Assembly: GCA_964035545.1 (NCBI GenBank) | Contig: OZ037767.1 | Coordinates: 19,732,628 to 19,796,627, forward strand | Length of the DNA: 64,000 nt | Source: Bugula neritina | Taxonomy: Eukaryota > Animalia > Bryozoa | Direction: 5' to 3' | Shown here: positions 1 to 13,449 of the stretch, in pieces | How the letters are laid out: each line of letters begins with the position of its first letter | Numbering within the stretch: the stretch's first letter is position 1 | Notes under the pieces: generated by a model | Seen by the model: only the letters and a program-made list of their open reading frames with translations | Database searches by the model: none | Told to the model about the DNA's origin: nothing | Program-made: the position numbers and the translations under genes

Positions 1-1460
1 GACATATCACTGATTTTTGTACGATTGACTGTGCACCCACTGTCAAGTAACAGAACCTCATCTCGGGCCCCAATCTTGACTGGAACATAATATGCGGTTC
101 TTTGATTGGTTAAACTGACATGTGTTTGACCCATAGGATTTGATTCGGTAGTGACTGGGTTATTCAATGTCAAACTAGTTCGTTTCCCTGTCTAGATTGA
201 GCACATCGCAGCGTAGCAGGTAACTGGCATTGCCGCTGTTCTAGTGTCGGCTTTGTACCGAAACAGTTGACAAGGTCAGTTTCTCCAGCATGGCCCTTTA
301 GTTTCCATTAATTTATGCATCATCATATTTTCCTGTGTCATGTATTGGTCCAGTCAGGCTTCTAACTCAGCCATGCTGTCATTCCTCACTTGGCGCACCC
401 TGGGTGTGTTTGACTGTACTTAGGAAAATTTGGTTGATGATGCCAATGGTGGCTTCCACAGTCCCCAGTGTACGATTATTTAGTTCCCAGCCTAATATTT
501 GATACTCATGAGGTAATGCACTTATCAGCTCTTTAATAGTAGGCTTCTCCCTACCATCACCTCCTAGTTTCGGGATGGCCATCTGGATTAGTCTTTTTAG
601 ATAGCTTGCAAATTCATGTATGTTTTCTTTTAAGTTCTAGCTGACTTGCTGCAGTAGCTGACTGGCTCCTGGCTCTGTGAGTTGATACTTTGTTTAAAGT
701 TCACAAGCACGATGAGTGTAAGTACCCTCTAGCAATCCTTGCTTTGCTGCACTAGTCACAGCCATATCAACTGTAGCTTGGTTTCTGCATCTTCCCAGCC
801 ATTAACAACTCGGACCTGTTCGAACCTATATAAGAACTCATCCACATTAGTAGTGCCATCAAATGACGGGGGTGGTAGGCCAATCTGTTGGTAAAGTACA
901 GCAGCAGCCTCCTGTGCCATGTCTCGAATTCTTGCAGCGGCCTCACGAAGAGCTTCCTCTGCCATCTTTAAAGTAGGTTATCTAGTATTGCTCTAGAAAG
1001 ATCCCACTGTTGCCACCAGTAAAGTAAATTTGTATTTGACACCAGGTGTCACTATTGACGGTAAGCAATGTCACTTTAAAAATTGGTTAAAATTATGGTG
1101 TGCAGAAACCTAATTGAACTATCTAATACTGATTGTTTTCAACTATTAGTGTGCTTTTTTTAATTAATTTAGTGACTAGAATTGATTTCTGGTGTTCGGT
1201 AACAGTGCTCGATTGTGACAGTGACACCACTATGGCTCACCAATTTATATCACAGAAACTGTAGTCAGAGACAGTGACAGAAATCAGGTTCCTGGTATTT
1301 CGATCACAAATATTCAACTAGAATTGCAGCGCAAACAATCACCACTGACATTTTATAGGAACTAACTACCACTATAGTAATAGCAATAGTAACCTAATCA
1401 AGAGCTAAGTATTTCACAAATAATAAAGCTTATTGTAAGTCGATTATAAACATTACAACA
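1..1460 (-). mobile_element. Degenerate Gypsy LTR retrotransposon 5' part (LTR, PBS, gag fragments, protease), continuing off the left edge
   Basis: ORF 756-965 (PPSFDGTTNVDEFLYRFEQV..NGW) resembles the gag at 37722 (APTFTGSEDVEQFIQEF..AQW); minus strand of about 1-100 reads AYYVPVKIGARDEVLLLDSGCTVN (aspartic protease DSG motif); Leu-type PBS at 1001-1018; many stops and frameshifts. LTR outer boundary uncertain (about 1460 or 1550). Confidence 0.8.
1001..1018 (-). promoter_or_regulatory. Primer-binding site (tRNA-Leu type) of the degenerate Gypsy
   Basis: Minus strand TGGTGGCAACAGTGGGAT, 2 mismatches to the PBS at 37690-37707. Confidence 0.8.
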
Positions 1461-3111
1461 GGCACGAACAATTCATAAATTTTGAATTTGAAAATTGAAA
1501 ATTTGAATTTAACATAAAATTATTATGGAGACTTGCATCAACCAATCACAATATATCAAAACTAGTTGGCCTAGTTTTATTTCAGTTTATTGTATTGTCA
1601 AATTAATTTAACTTGCTAGTAACGATCAATATTTCCTTGACCTAGTCTCTATCTTCACAGCAGTCTTTTTCGCAACGTGTACTGCTCGATAGCTGTAATA
1701 CTATTTTTACTACATTGTATAAGTATGCTAGCGTGATGCTATTACGAAAAGTATAACTTGGAATTTTTGGATATAACTGCAGTGTAAAACTGGATAAGTT
1801 ATAGATCGCATTGAAGTGTAAAATACATTTTCATTGACATTGAATACTTTTTGTGATGCTTTTGTATCTTTATAAAATTTAATTTTGTTAATTCTTACTG
1901 GTGTTTTGGTAGTCTACACATAATATATAAGCAGCAGCTGCTTATAGTAGGCTGGAAATATACATTTTATTATTTAATATTATGAAGCTATTATTTCAGA
2001 ATAAAAGTGGGAAGAACTGCTATAAACTGAGTATTCTGAAGTAGGCACATTGTTTGAGAACTATTTCGATGGAATGGAAGCAAGGACATCCGAGCTTTTA
2101 GCAGCTCATCCTTCTCTGGGACTTATAAATAAATCTTTAGTAAGTGAAATTTTGGCAATTTTCAAACTTCATATGCTAGCCTTTACAAATTTATATGTTT
2201 ATATACGCAAAGAAAAGCTACCGGTCCCATACGAGCCAACATTAGGTGACAATAAGTTTAAACCTTGAAGTTTAAACGTTGCTACTAGGGTAGTGTATGC
2301 TGTTATAAACTATAGTGTAAAACCTCAGCTTGTTAGAACTACATGATTTAGGTGGTCATAATTTTATTTAAATCACTTTTAGAATCTCACTTTCTTATTT
2401 GATGAAAATATTCAGTGTCATGTCATAGAGCTTAGTGCATATATATTGGTAAAACCCTGTTGTTTGAACTTATACTTGCTTAATAGCAGCTAGAATATTT
2501 ATGCAGGGTCATGTCCTATGATTGGCAAGGGGTTTAACACCTTTGAAGAAACAGTAGCAATACCTGATGATGTACAAATCTGCAACAGACAATTGCAGTT
2601 ATGCGCCACCTCAATGGCGGAAAACTAAAAATTCTCGAAAAGCCCCAAATAGAGGGTGAAAGGGCTAAAAAGGTTTGTATCTAAAACATAAAAGCTGCAT
2701 GCATGTACAAGAAAAGTATGAGATAATGAGTAAAATGTTGATAAATATTGTGAGATTTACATTCCGAAACTAAAATGTGAAAACGTCTTTGCTGTCTTTT
2801 GATGTGAAGCTGCAGTTGAAGGCAATTTTCGTTCAAGATAGGGAACATTTGAAGACATGGTTATAAAATAATGTACAGCAAATCATCTTTGCCACCTCTT
2901 ATTGACTGTTTATGAATGATATGTTTTGAATTAGCAGTATGTTGGTGACCATGGGCCTATGGCAGAAGAAACATTCTTTCAGCTCAATTCCACAAAAAGA
3001 TTAAATGATTTAAACGACAAGGTGATAATCGAAAGGACTCTGCAGCAAAATAAAATAATGAAAACTGGAAGCCAATGCAGAGAATTCTTAATGGCTGCAG
3101 CAAAGCACAAA

Positions 3112-3745
3112 TAGTGGGGGTGCCAACATGCAAAAATGGGCGGGTGGAGCACATCAATACTAACCTTTGTTGCTATATATCACTGAAAAGCTAACATTCT
3201 ACTGATCTCAGATCTGCGAGTACCTTTTTTGTATCTGGGGGGGTTCTCTCGTGAGAGGGGTGGATATACAGGGGTTCAGCATTTTTCAAGGGGGGACTAT
3301 GGAACTCTAAATATTTAATTTTTTGAGTAGTTTAGGTTTGAAATTAAAAATATTTTCAAGAAAGGCTGTACACATATGAAACTTTCTCTAACAAAATTTT
3401 TGACCAAAAATAAAAAAGTGGGCGGAGCCTATAATATGACAAACTACTTTTTTGCATATACCTGATATTCTCTAAACTGCTACTTTTCTGTTCTAGCATT
3501 TAGAATGTTGATTTTTGGTATGAAAATACCCTATTGTGTTCTAATAATGTTCTCCAGTTTTCATTACATTCTGAACTATATAACTTCTTTCCCAACCATA
3601 ACAAATAAAAAACATAAAACGGGAGTTATCTCCTCCGTTATAAATTATTGCATTTCTACCCAATAATATTGCTCTTTGTTGATAGAAACAACATCAGCAT
3701 AATAAAAATGTATTCTTAGTGTATTTATATTAGCTTATTAGCTTA
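3112..3745 (+). repeat. Left terminal inverted repeat of Academ element
   Basis: Reverse complement of 9099-9732; about 15 substitutions by eye, first ~70 bp identical. Confidence 0.95.
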
Positions 3746-3914
3746 GTGTATTTATGTTAGCTCATTTTGAATAGAAAATTTGAATAATTCCCCTTTCACC
3801 CAAATTTGAGATTTTTCATCTCTTGAAATTGCCTAATACCCTTGACCTTGACATCATGTAAAGGCAGCATGCTTCAGTATTCTCAGTTCAAGAAAATGTG
3901 AATCATCACATATC

Positions 3915-6900
3915 ATGGTAAGTAAAATCTTATTTTTCTAATATAATAAAACATGTGTTTAAAGATGTCTATTTTATAATCCAACTTTTGATTTAATTTA
4001 GTCTGCTATTGGCTAAAAATACTAATGCTAAAATTCCAAGCATCTAAATTCTAATGCATACTAAAACTTTCTGCTTTGTCTTCTGTTATGCTAGCATGTA
4101 TTTACAATCTATGGTGATGTAATTACAGAATTTTGCCAGTGCCAAAGAATTCCTGTACCATTACAGACCAAGCAAATGTGTTTATTGCTGTCAAGTAACT
4201 GATGAAAAAGTGGTTAAAGCCAAGAATATAAGTACAGTGCAAACAACACTAACTGCAAATGAATTAAGTCAGGTTAGTAGTAAATATCCACCTTTTCATA
4301 TTTGTTTTAGTAAACTGCAGCATAAATATTTATTATATATTTAACTTTATACATCCTTCATATATAAGCCTGTTCATAACCACATTCTAGGTAAAAAAGA
4401 ATGAAGATGAAATTGTATATCACAAATCTTGCTATACACATCGCAGAAGAAAGGTGTCAACTCCCACAGTGTCTACAGAACAAGCAGATTCAGATCACTC
4501 ATTTTCCCCAGTAAAGAAAACACGGAGTCAGCAGTATTTGTCATTTGATAATAAATTATGTGTGTTCTGTCAGTCACAAACTTGGAGAAAAGGCAACCTG
4601 GTGGCTTTCTCAACAGACAAAGCTAATTTTAAAATAGAAGAAACTATTGAACAATGCAGCAATCAAGTAATCCGAGGGAGACTGCTTAACATTGACCTTG
4701 TTGCAGCGGAGGTAAAATATCACAAAAAGTGCTATACTAACTTCATCTATGAAGCAAAATTAAATAAATATTGCCCTTCTACCAGTGGCGGTAAGAAAAG
4801 CTGTGTTCAAGATCCAATTGAAGAAATTTTTGAAGAAATTCGAATTGAGCTAGAACAGGGTAGAGCTTTTAGGGAAGAAGAAATTATCAACAGATATCGT
4901 GTTTTAACAGATGACAATGAAAGAAGGAGCTACAGCATCATGAGATCGTTCAAATCACAATTTAGTGACAGGGTTTCAGTAATTGATCTTGGAAAAAATG
5001 AAAAAATAATTTTGCATAGCAAATTGAAAGTTCATGATATAATCAATTCATCATATTCATCAAAGATTAAACCACCTAAACAGACTACGGAAGCAGATAG
5101 CATAAAAGAAATATCACATATAATTCGCAATGACATAATAAATGCCTGGAAACAAACAGAAACCTTCAACATATGCTTAGAGAGCTTACAGAGTGTGATC
5201 CCAAATAGTCTCAGGTTATTTCTTGATGAACTTGGAACAAAGGAGCCTGGGAAATCAGCTATTGCACATGATATCATTGCATCAGTGACAAACAAAATCA
5301 CCCCTAAGCAAGTTTTATTGGGAACAGCAGTAAGACATTTAACTGGAAGCAAGCAGGTTATTGAGCAACTAAATAAACTAGGCCACAGTTGTTCATACAC
5401 GGAATTGTTGAGATTAGAAACGGCGGCAGCGGTTAATGAAATAAACTCGGCAGTTGATCGTGGAGTTGTGATTCCATCCAATATTCGACCAGCATCACAT
5501 GGCTTTATACAAGCAGCAGCAGACAATGATGATTTTTTGGAAGACACGGTTGACGGAAAGAATACAACACATGGCACCACAATGATTTTGATTCAGGAAG
5601 GTTCTATTGGAGCTGAAATGAAGACAATCATTAGAACTAGAGAAAGATCACTGAGCACTGATTCTTGCAGACAGCTACAGGAAATCAAATTTATTGAACT
5701 TAGAAAACCAAAAATCAATCCCCCAGCTTTTCGAGAATCTAGGGCAATCACAAAACTTAGTCAAGAAACATTGCTGAATATGAAAAAGTCACTTGAGGAT
5801 TCATGTAATCTAAACACAGCATGGCTATTGGCAAGACTTGCCCCAATCAAACTATTTCAATTGGATATAAATCCTTCTACACATAACTGCCCCAGCTGGA
5901 GTAGCTTTAATGTAAGAAATTTGGTTGCCACAGAAGATAATAAAAGATCAGTCATTGGGTATTGCCCAATGATTAATGCACCATCAACAGATCCATCAAC
6001 AATTTATACAATTCTTCTGCAGCTAAAGAAAACTATGGAAGTTTTAAAGCAGAAACATTCAGTAATTACATTTGACCAAGCTATCTACAAGATTGCCAAA
6101 GAGATTCAATGGAACAAACCAACTGAATTTTCAAACACAATAATTCGAATGGGCGGTTTTCATATCTTGATGAATTACATCGCAGCACTTGGCACAATGG
6201 TAAAATCAAGCGGCCTCGCCCAAGTTCTTGTGCACAGTGATATATATTCTGAAGTTACAGTAAAACAGGTGCTATGTGGTAAGCATTATAACAGAGGTGT
6301 ACGGGCACACAAGATTTTGTATGAGGCAATATCAAGGCAGAAACTAAAATCTCTTTCGGAATGGCTTCAAGAAAATGATCAGTTTGACCCATTAGATTCT
6401 CATAATGTTTCCACTGATGATGACTTACGTGAATGGACCACTGTTGCAGATAAAGTTGCTACTGCTATAAAAAAGTTTGATTCTGATACTAAATTAAAAT
6501 CTAACCTTTCAATGTTCTGGAATTCCTACCTTCATGCAGTAGAAGCCATGTTGGGATTTATTCGAGCTGAGCGTTGTGGTAACTGGCAATTATATTTGGA
6601 CAGCATGCAGGCAATGCTACCAGTATTTTTTGCGTATGATCGTACAAACTACTCAAGGTGGCTGCCTATATACCTTATTGATATGCTAAATTTGCCTGAA
6701 TCTGCTCCAGAAGTTTATGGAATGTTTGCAAAGGGTTCATTCACCGTAAACAGGACAGGAAAAAAATTTGCAGGTATGGCTCCAGATCAGGTCTTGGAGC
6801 AAACTTTGAACCGAGACAGTAAAACATCTGGAGGTATTATTGGCATCAGCAACCACGAAGAAGCTCGGACAAAATGGTTCTTAACTAGTCATATCAGAGC

Positions 6901-8779
6901 CCAACTGCTTTCTTTGCAAAAGGATTTTTGCCAAATAGCCTCACAGCCATCAACACTACACAAGGAAGACACAATCATTACAACTATGAAGGATGAGATT
7001 GATATACAAGCAATTCTTTTTACATTACAGCAGTTTGATGTTAAGTTGTTTAGCAATAATTCAACTGAACTTATCAATATTGCTACTGGAGTAAGTCCCG
7101 ATGCGGAGACCTCCTTGTCAATAGTGACTGCTATGGCTCAGGGAGCAGAAACAGCTCAAAAGTTTATTCAAGATAGACTTGTGAATGCAATAAAACCATT
7201 TTACACTGCTATTCACCGGCTTAAAATCCCTTCCTTTGACTTTGTGGCTAAATCACTTCAACCGGCCATTAAACCAAAAGTTCCTAAAATATCATTTGCT
7301 AAACTTCTCATATGTGCCAAAAGCCGAGAAGTAGATTTGCATACAGTTCTAGAGAAAGAAATTGGTCCCATTCCTCTTGCTCTCTTTACTGAAAACGGAC
7401 AGATGAGAAAAACATGCAAATCGCAACTAATGCATGTTTTGGAACAGAAATATCTTGGAAACAGGGTCTCCAATGATGATAGTCAACTGTCCACCAACAA
7501 ATCGATCATTATTGATGGTATGTGCATACTTCACTCGACAAAAACATCAGGCACTTTTTATAACTACGCTCTGAAGATGTTGGAAATATTTCTTGAATGT
7601 GGCAAAGGATATACAAGGGTTGATGTAGTGTTTGACGTGTATTCTGAAACATCAATTAAAGCACAAGAGCGTATTAGACGGGGTGCCCAACAGATGTGCT
7701 CTATTTCCATTATTCATGACAACGTGCCTGTTCCTAAAAACTGGAGTGCTTTTCTGAGCAATATTCACAACAAAAATGAGTTGGTAGATTACATAGTGAA
7801 GGTGTGGAGTAGACATATTGAGAAAATTCCAGCTGGTACATTTTTAGTGTGCAGCGCCAAAGAAGTCTGTGTTCTGCAAAACAACTATCGTTACAATTGT
7901 AACAAATTGAAATCCAATCATGATGAAGCAGACACGAGATTAATCCTTCACGCAGCTGATGCACTGAGTGATTACGATTTGGTAGTAATAAGATCAGTAG
8001 ATACCGATGTTGCTATTATTGCGCTTCACCATCTTAGTAATGTTTTAACTGAGCAGGCTAAAAAAGATGTAGTAATTTTTGTTGGAATGGGGAGTCACAG
8101 AAGATATATATCTCTTTCTGAATTGGCCAAAAACATTCCACAAAAAGTTCTCAAGAATCTGTTATCACTCCATGCACTTACAGGTTGTGACTCAGTAAGT
8201 TCTATCTTCCGAATATCTAAAAAGCGTGCTTTGGAGGTACTTGAAAAGGGAAGCTATAATCTGTCTTTAGGTTCTGATGATTGGTCCCCATTATCAGATG
8301 AAACATACTTGGAGTGTGAACGATTTGTCTCCAACCTATACGGTGCCTATGATGATATCACTGAAGCAAGATACAAAATATTGGCTTTAAAAAATGTCTC
8401 CAGTGAAGCACAGCTACCACCTAGCAGGAATTCCCTAAAATATCACGTGAAACGAGCCAACTATCAAGTTACACTTTGGCAGCTTGCTTTAACACCTATT
8501 TTACTTCATCAGCCAGTTTTTGACCATGGTTGGGATACTAACTTGACTCCAATAAAATATGATTTTGAGAGCAATGCAGATGTGATTTTAACAGCATGTA
8601 AATGCAAAAAAGCAGGCTGTAAGAGTAAAGCATGCAAATGCAAGCGCCTGATGATGAAATGCTGTGGTTTATGTGAATGTTTCGATTGCAACAACAAAAG
8701 TGGCCAGTCTTCTTTTTCAAACGAAGAGCCTAATCATGATGATGATGGCAACAAAGACAGTTCTGATGAAGAATTATAA
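3915..8779 (+). CDS. Academ transposase-XPG nuclease-Cys-rich protein, predicted exons 3915-3917, 4129-4272, 4391-8779 (~1511 aa)
   Basis: ATG|GTAAGT donor, TTACAG and TTCTAG acceptors, all phase 0 and in frame with ORF 4454-8779 (whose GTG start is artefactual). Motifs: two CxxC...YHxxCY units; AADNDDF, TFDQ, RMGGFH, DQxLEQ (transposase region); IIDGM, VVFDVY, HDEADTR, SVDTDV, TGCDS (XPG/PIN family); CKCKKAGCKSKACKC..CCGLCECFDCNN. Confidence 0.88.
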
Positions 8780-9098
8780 TACATTTATTTTGGTATATAA
8801 ACGCTAGAGATAACAAAACTTTGTAATAAAGCTTGATCTATTGTAAATTAAAATTTAAATACTATCTTATTTATAAATAAATACAATTAAAAATTTCAAC
8901 CAATATCTGATATAAAAGAGCATAGTAATTGCTTATGATGCTGAAATCATAATATAACTTTTTTATGAACCATATTTTATGTTACTATACTTATGGATAA
9001 AAAATCGAATATTAGTGGTCTGTTAATTATTGCTGACACTTAATTTATACAGTAAATATTGAATATTAATAGTATTGATTGTAAGCAATTATTCAAAA

Positions 9099-9732
9099 TA
9101 AGCCAATAAGCTAATATAAATACACTAAGAATACATTTTTATTATGCTGATGTTGTTTCTATCAACAAAGAGCAAAATTATTGGGTAGAAATGCAATAAT
9201 TTATAACGGAGGAGATAACTCCCGTTTTATGTTTTTTATTTGTTATGGTTGGGAAAGAAGTTATATAGTTCAGAATGTAATGAAAACTGGAGAGCATTAT
9301 CAAAACACAATAGAGTATTTTCATACCAAAAATCAACATTCTAAATGCTAGAACAGAAAAGTAGCAGTTTAGAGAATACCAGGTATATGCAAAAAAGTAG
9401 TTTGTCGTATTATAGGCTCCGCCCACTTTTTTATTTTTGGTCAAAAATTTTGTTAGAGAAAGTTTTATATGTGTGCAGCCTTCCTTGAAAATATTTTTAA
9501 TGTCAAACCTAAACTATTCAGAAAATTAAATATTTAGAGTTCCATAGTCCCCCCTTGAAAAATGCTGAACCCCTGTATATCCACCCCTCTCACGAGAGAA
9601 CCCCCCCAGATACAAAAAAGGTACTCGCAGATCTGAGATCAGTAGAATGTTAGCTTTGCAGTGATATATAGCAACAAAGGTTAGTATTGATGTGCTCCAC
9701 CCGCCCATTTTTGCATGTTGGCACCCCCACTA
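9099..9732 (-). repeat. Right terminal inverted repeat of Academ element
   Basis: Reverse complement of 3112-3745. Confidence 0.95.
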
Positions 9733-11310
9733 AAACTTGAGACAATCACACAAGGGTCAAGGATACACCTTATGCAATATATGAAAAAAAATGATGCAAT
9801 TTGTTTTATATTGTTTATGCAACTTGCAAAGAGGTACAAAACTTGATGTGATTTTTTCTTATTTTAACTATTTCATTATTATAAAATATTCCAATAAAAG
9901 TGAAATGGCAAACAGACAATTGCTATGACTACTGATTTCAGACTTAATGTTTACTGTTTTTAATTAGATGGAAACATTGCCTTATAACTCAATGGTTTTA
10001 AATCAGTCCACTATAACAAAATTCAGTAAATGCATGGCAGCAAAACAATGTTTAATGCTTGCAACAAATCTCCTTAATGTTAGTATATGCAAACCTATAA
10101 ATAAGATCAGCATTGAACATAACATAATTATATGTTCACCATCCAACATATGTAAATATATAAGATCACCATTGAACATAACTACAATAATTGTGAGCAA
10201 TACAAAGGCTCAGCTATAGCTTTGTCCCATCAAAACTAGTGCTTGCTTCACAATACTGTAGATCATCATTGATCTAACATAAGAATAACTGAACATTATC
10301 TGAGACTATTTGCTGTTCACCCTAATGCTATTTAGGCTAGTGAAATGAACAGATTTAGTTGCCGGCTAATTTTCACTGTAACACTAATATTTCTCTCTGT
10401 GTGATCTTTATTTATTCAATATACAAGTAATAAAAAGTACTAGCCTATATATGCAGCCAAGTTATCTTTTTAGCTGAATGGTTTCTACTACTACTCATAA
10501 GAAGGCACAAAATTAAATGCACATCACTTGTTTATACAGTGCCACCATCTTCATTATCTATAAACTGAATGCTTTTTTTTCATTTTTCATCATAAAATCT
10601 ATTTCACGGCAATGCTCTTCAGAAAGCCTTCAGTATAGGGAGCTACAAAAAAGCTGGGTCAACTTTCTCTATAGGCCGCAACTAATATATTATAACTTAT
10701 ATCATATATGTAATCTCCAGCATTCAAACTGGAAGCAGTTATAAGGGCATCATTCAAAAGACAATCTTTGTTTCCATCTTCGATTATGTAGTCATCACTG
10801 TCTAACTCATGTATCTTTTAAAGTGTGGTGCTTTAAAAGATACAAAAACACAAGCCAAGAGTTTTGTGTGAAAAGCAAGAGTTTATTAAAGAATCTCTAG
10901 CTGACATTTCCAGTTGGCTTTAAGCCCTTGGTATCATAAAACTAATATAGGAAAGATTGCTGATTTTCATTGCTTGCTATTCTTAGCTGCCGCAACACAC
11001 AGCCAAATAACTGAGCTGCCAAATAGTCTATAACTATTCGCTTGGCATTATGTAATGTATTATTTTTGTCATGTTTGTTTCTGTGCAGCTGTATTTCGTT
11101 AACTGCTGTATTAGAGATGAGTTAGGAATGCGATTAACTCACTAATGTGATAGTTGGCTGATCTGCTTTGACACAATATTGTACGTATTCATATTTGATC
11201 TCATTGTAGTCAACCGCTGCTTTATATGCTAATTATATGCTGCATAACGTCTTGTGAGTAATCTAGAACCTTCCTTATACCGCCTAAAGTATATTGTGTT
11301 TTGTAATACT

Positions 11311-11840
11311 TTGATATGTATTACCTTGTTATGTAGCACCTTGTTATGTATTACCTTGTAATGTATTACCTTGTTATGTATTACCTTGTTATGTGGTACC
11401 TTGTAATGTATTACCTTGTTATGTATTACCTTGTTATGTATTACCTTGTTATGTATTACCTTGTTATGTAGCACCTTGTTATGTATTACCTTGTTATGTA
11501 TTACCTTGTAATGTATTACCTTGTTATGTATTACCTTGTTATGTGGTACCTTGTAATGTATTACCTTGTTATGTATTACCTTGTTATGTATTACCTTGTA
11601 ATGTATTACCTTGTTATGTATTACCTTGTTATGTATTACCTTGTTATGTATTACCTTGTTATGTATTACCTTGTTATGTAATACCTTGTTATGTATTACC
11701 TTGTTATGTAGTAACTTGTTATGTATTACCTTGTTATGTGGTACCTTGTTATGTATTACCTTGTAATGTAGTACCTTGTTATATAGCACCTTGCAATGTA
11801 GCACCTTGTTATGTAGTACCTTGTTATGTATTACCTTGTT
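11311..11840. repeat. 15-bp minisatellite (TTGTTATGTATTACC)n, about 35 units
   Basis: Direct tandem units with few variants; explains ORFs 11229-11869. Confidence 0.97.
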
Positions 11841-12121
11841 TTGAGATACTTTATCATGTAAGAATGTAACACATCATATATGTTTTGGTCAGCAGCAATT
11901 GCCAATACCATTTGCATTTTAATTTTGAGTTTTTACATACTAAATATATGCTAAGGTAGACCACCACCCAATGATTTCTTCACATATAAATATATATTAG
12001 TTCACAATCTTTTTTACGACATAAAATTGTATAATTAGCTTGATAATCAATTATTCTTTGGTATAATTAGTTGTGGGGGTGGTAATGCCCACACTTCTCA
12101 GTTGAAAGGTTGTGAGCGTTA

Positions 12122-12930
12122 AGCCCTGGCCACACGATCGTGAAAATCACACGAAATCGTCTATTTGACACGAAAAAACATTCGTACGAGAAAATTTGAG
12201 GGAATTCAAACGATATCGTCATCGTTGGGTGTGCACAACGATGACGATGGACGAAAAATCACAATCGACGATAAGTACTATTTGATTGGTCAATAGAATT
12301 TTAGCAACAGTGATTATTTCATTTCTACTAAGTTTCTCTATTTGGCAATGTTCTGCTGCTTGTATCTTGTCCAAGACTCATTCACGGACTAATAAAAATG
12401 ACTTGTTGCCATCAAAGTGGTATATATTAAGAGGGTATATATATATTATGCACGCCAAATAATTACTACAAATTTCAAAAATAACATAAATTAAGTAGTA
12501 TTACTATGCCTATTTGCATCCAATTTACTAGTCTTACATTTATAGCAACTGTAAAGTATTTTGCGTAAAATAGCTATTGCAAGCATTATTCAATTCATAT
12601 TCACATGGTAATCACAGCGAAGCTTAAACTTTATAGCTTTGTATTTACGTGCATGAGTGAGTTTTAATTTTTTTTTAATTTTATTTGCATAAAAAATGTT
12701 TTTAAAAACTTTACCAATAAACAAAACTAAAAAAATTTACACATAAAATACCAAAAAAATAACAAAAATAGCAAAATTTTTCCTTTTTAACTTATATAAA
12801 CTTGCGGTACCAATCTCGGCATAATGACTTTTCGTTTAAACGATCATGTGGCTGGTCAATACGAAAAGATAACTCACGAATAATCGTCACACGAGTTTCG
12901 TGTCATTCTCACGATCGTGTGGCCAGGGCT
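12122..12930. mobile_element. PIF/Harbinger-type MITE
   Basis: TIR AGCCCTGGCCACACGATCGTGA(A/G)AAT..ACACGAAA at both ends; TTA TSD at 12119-12121 and 12931-12933; no coding capacity. Confidence 0.88.
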
Positions 12931-13140
12931 TTATTTCCAGCTGTGCTGTCAAATCTCTGTCAGATCTTTATACCTGCAAGATTACATCGGAGGCATTTCA
13001 TCAGCTCATGTAAAATACCTGCTTCTGCTGTTATGTTGACTACCAATAGGACATGTGTTAGCAGTCATTAATTACGGTGTCTTTTAGGCAACTATCAGAA
13101 TGTCAAACTTCCTTGTTTTAGCAACTTATAGGGCAAAGTG

Positions 13141-13142
<2 letters not shown>

Positions 13143-13226
<84 letters not shown>

Positions 13227-13246
13227 TGTATGTATATATGTATATA
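13143..13246. repeat. (TA)n/(TATG)n microsatellite
   Basis: Direct reading. Confidence 0.97.
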
Positions 13247-13449
13247 AAATGCCTCAAAAACTAAGAATACATAGAAAGAAGCTTGCAGATTAAAAATGAA
13301 GCAATATAAAGCTACTAAAATAAAATAAAATAGTGTGTTACTAATAAAACGTCTTCCAAATCTTTACAGCGTTGCATTTTATTTCTAGTTTTATATCGGG
13401 CTCTTTTATTACATGATAATATTGAGCCCTCTCTGATAGTATACTGTAG

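Larger units (their letters stand above)
3112..9732 (+). mobile_element. Complete AcademX-type DNA transposon (6621 bp)
   Basis: Termini TAGTGGGGGTGCC...GGCACCCCCACTA, 634-bp TIRs, 3-bp TSD AAA (3109-3111 and 9733-9735), and one ~1500-aa protein with transposase, XPG/PIN nuclease and C-terminal Cys-rich domains, which is the Academ architecture. Confidence 0.92.
2938..9846 (+). pseudogene. Coding-like exon of unknown identity split by the Academ insertion (2938-3111 plus 9736-9846)
   Basis: Removing the element and one AAA TSD restores a continuous open frame of about 94 codons (YVGDHGPMAEETFF...AAAKHK/LETITQGSRIHL...KRYKT*) after a TAGCAG acceptor-like site; no recognisable domain. Confidence 0.4.

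Noticed and set aside
2050-2268. 72-aa ORF as a gene
   Set aside because: TTG start, in-frame stops upstream, runs through a donor-like GTAAGT; at most a pseudo-exon
4454-4456. GTG start of the 1441-aa ORF
   Set aside because: The frame is open back to the acceptor at 4390; the spliced ATG model is better supported
9178-9708. ORFs 9178-9444 and 9526-9708
   Set aside because: Lie inside the TIR; no coding motifs
11229-11869. Repetitive ORFs (HNKVI, YVLPC, MYYLV) and a CRISPR-like look
   Set aside because: Products of a 15-bp minisatellite; no unique spacers, no cas genes, eukaryotic context
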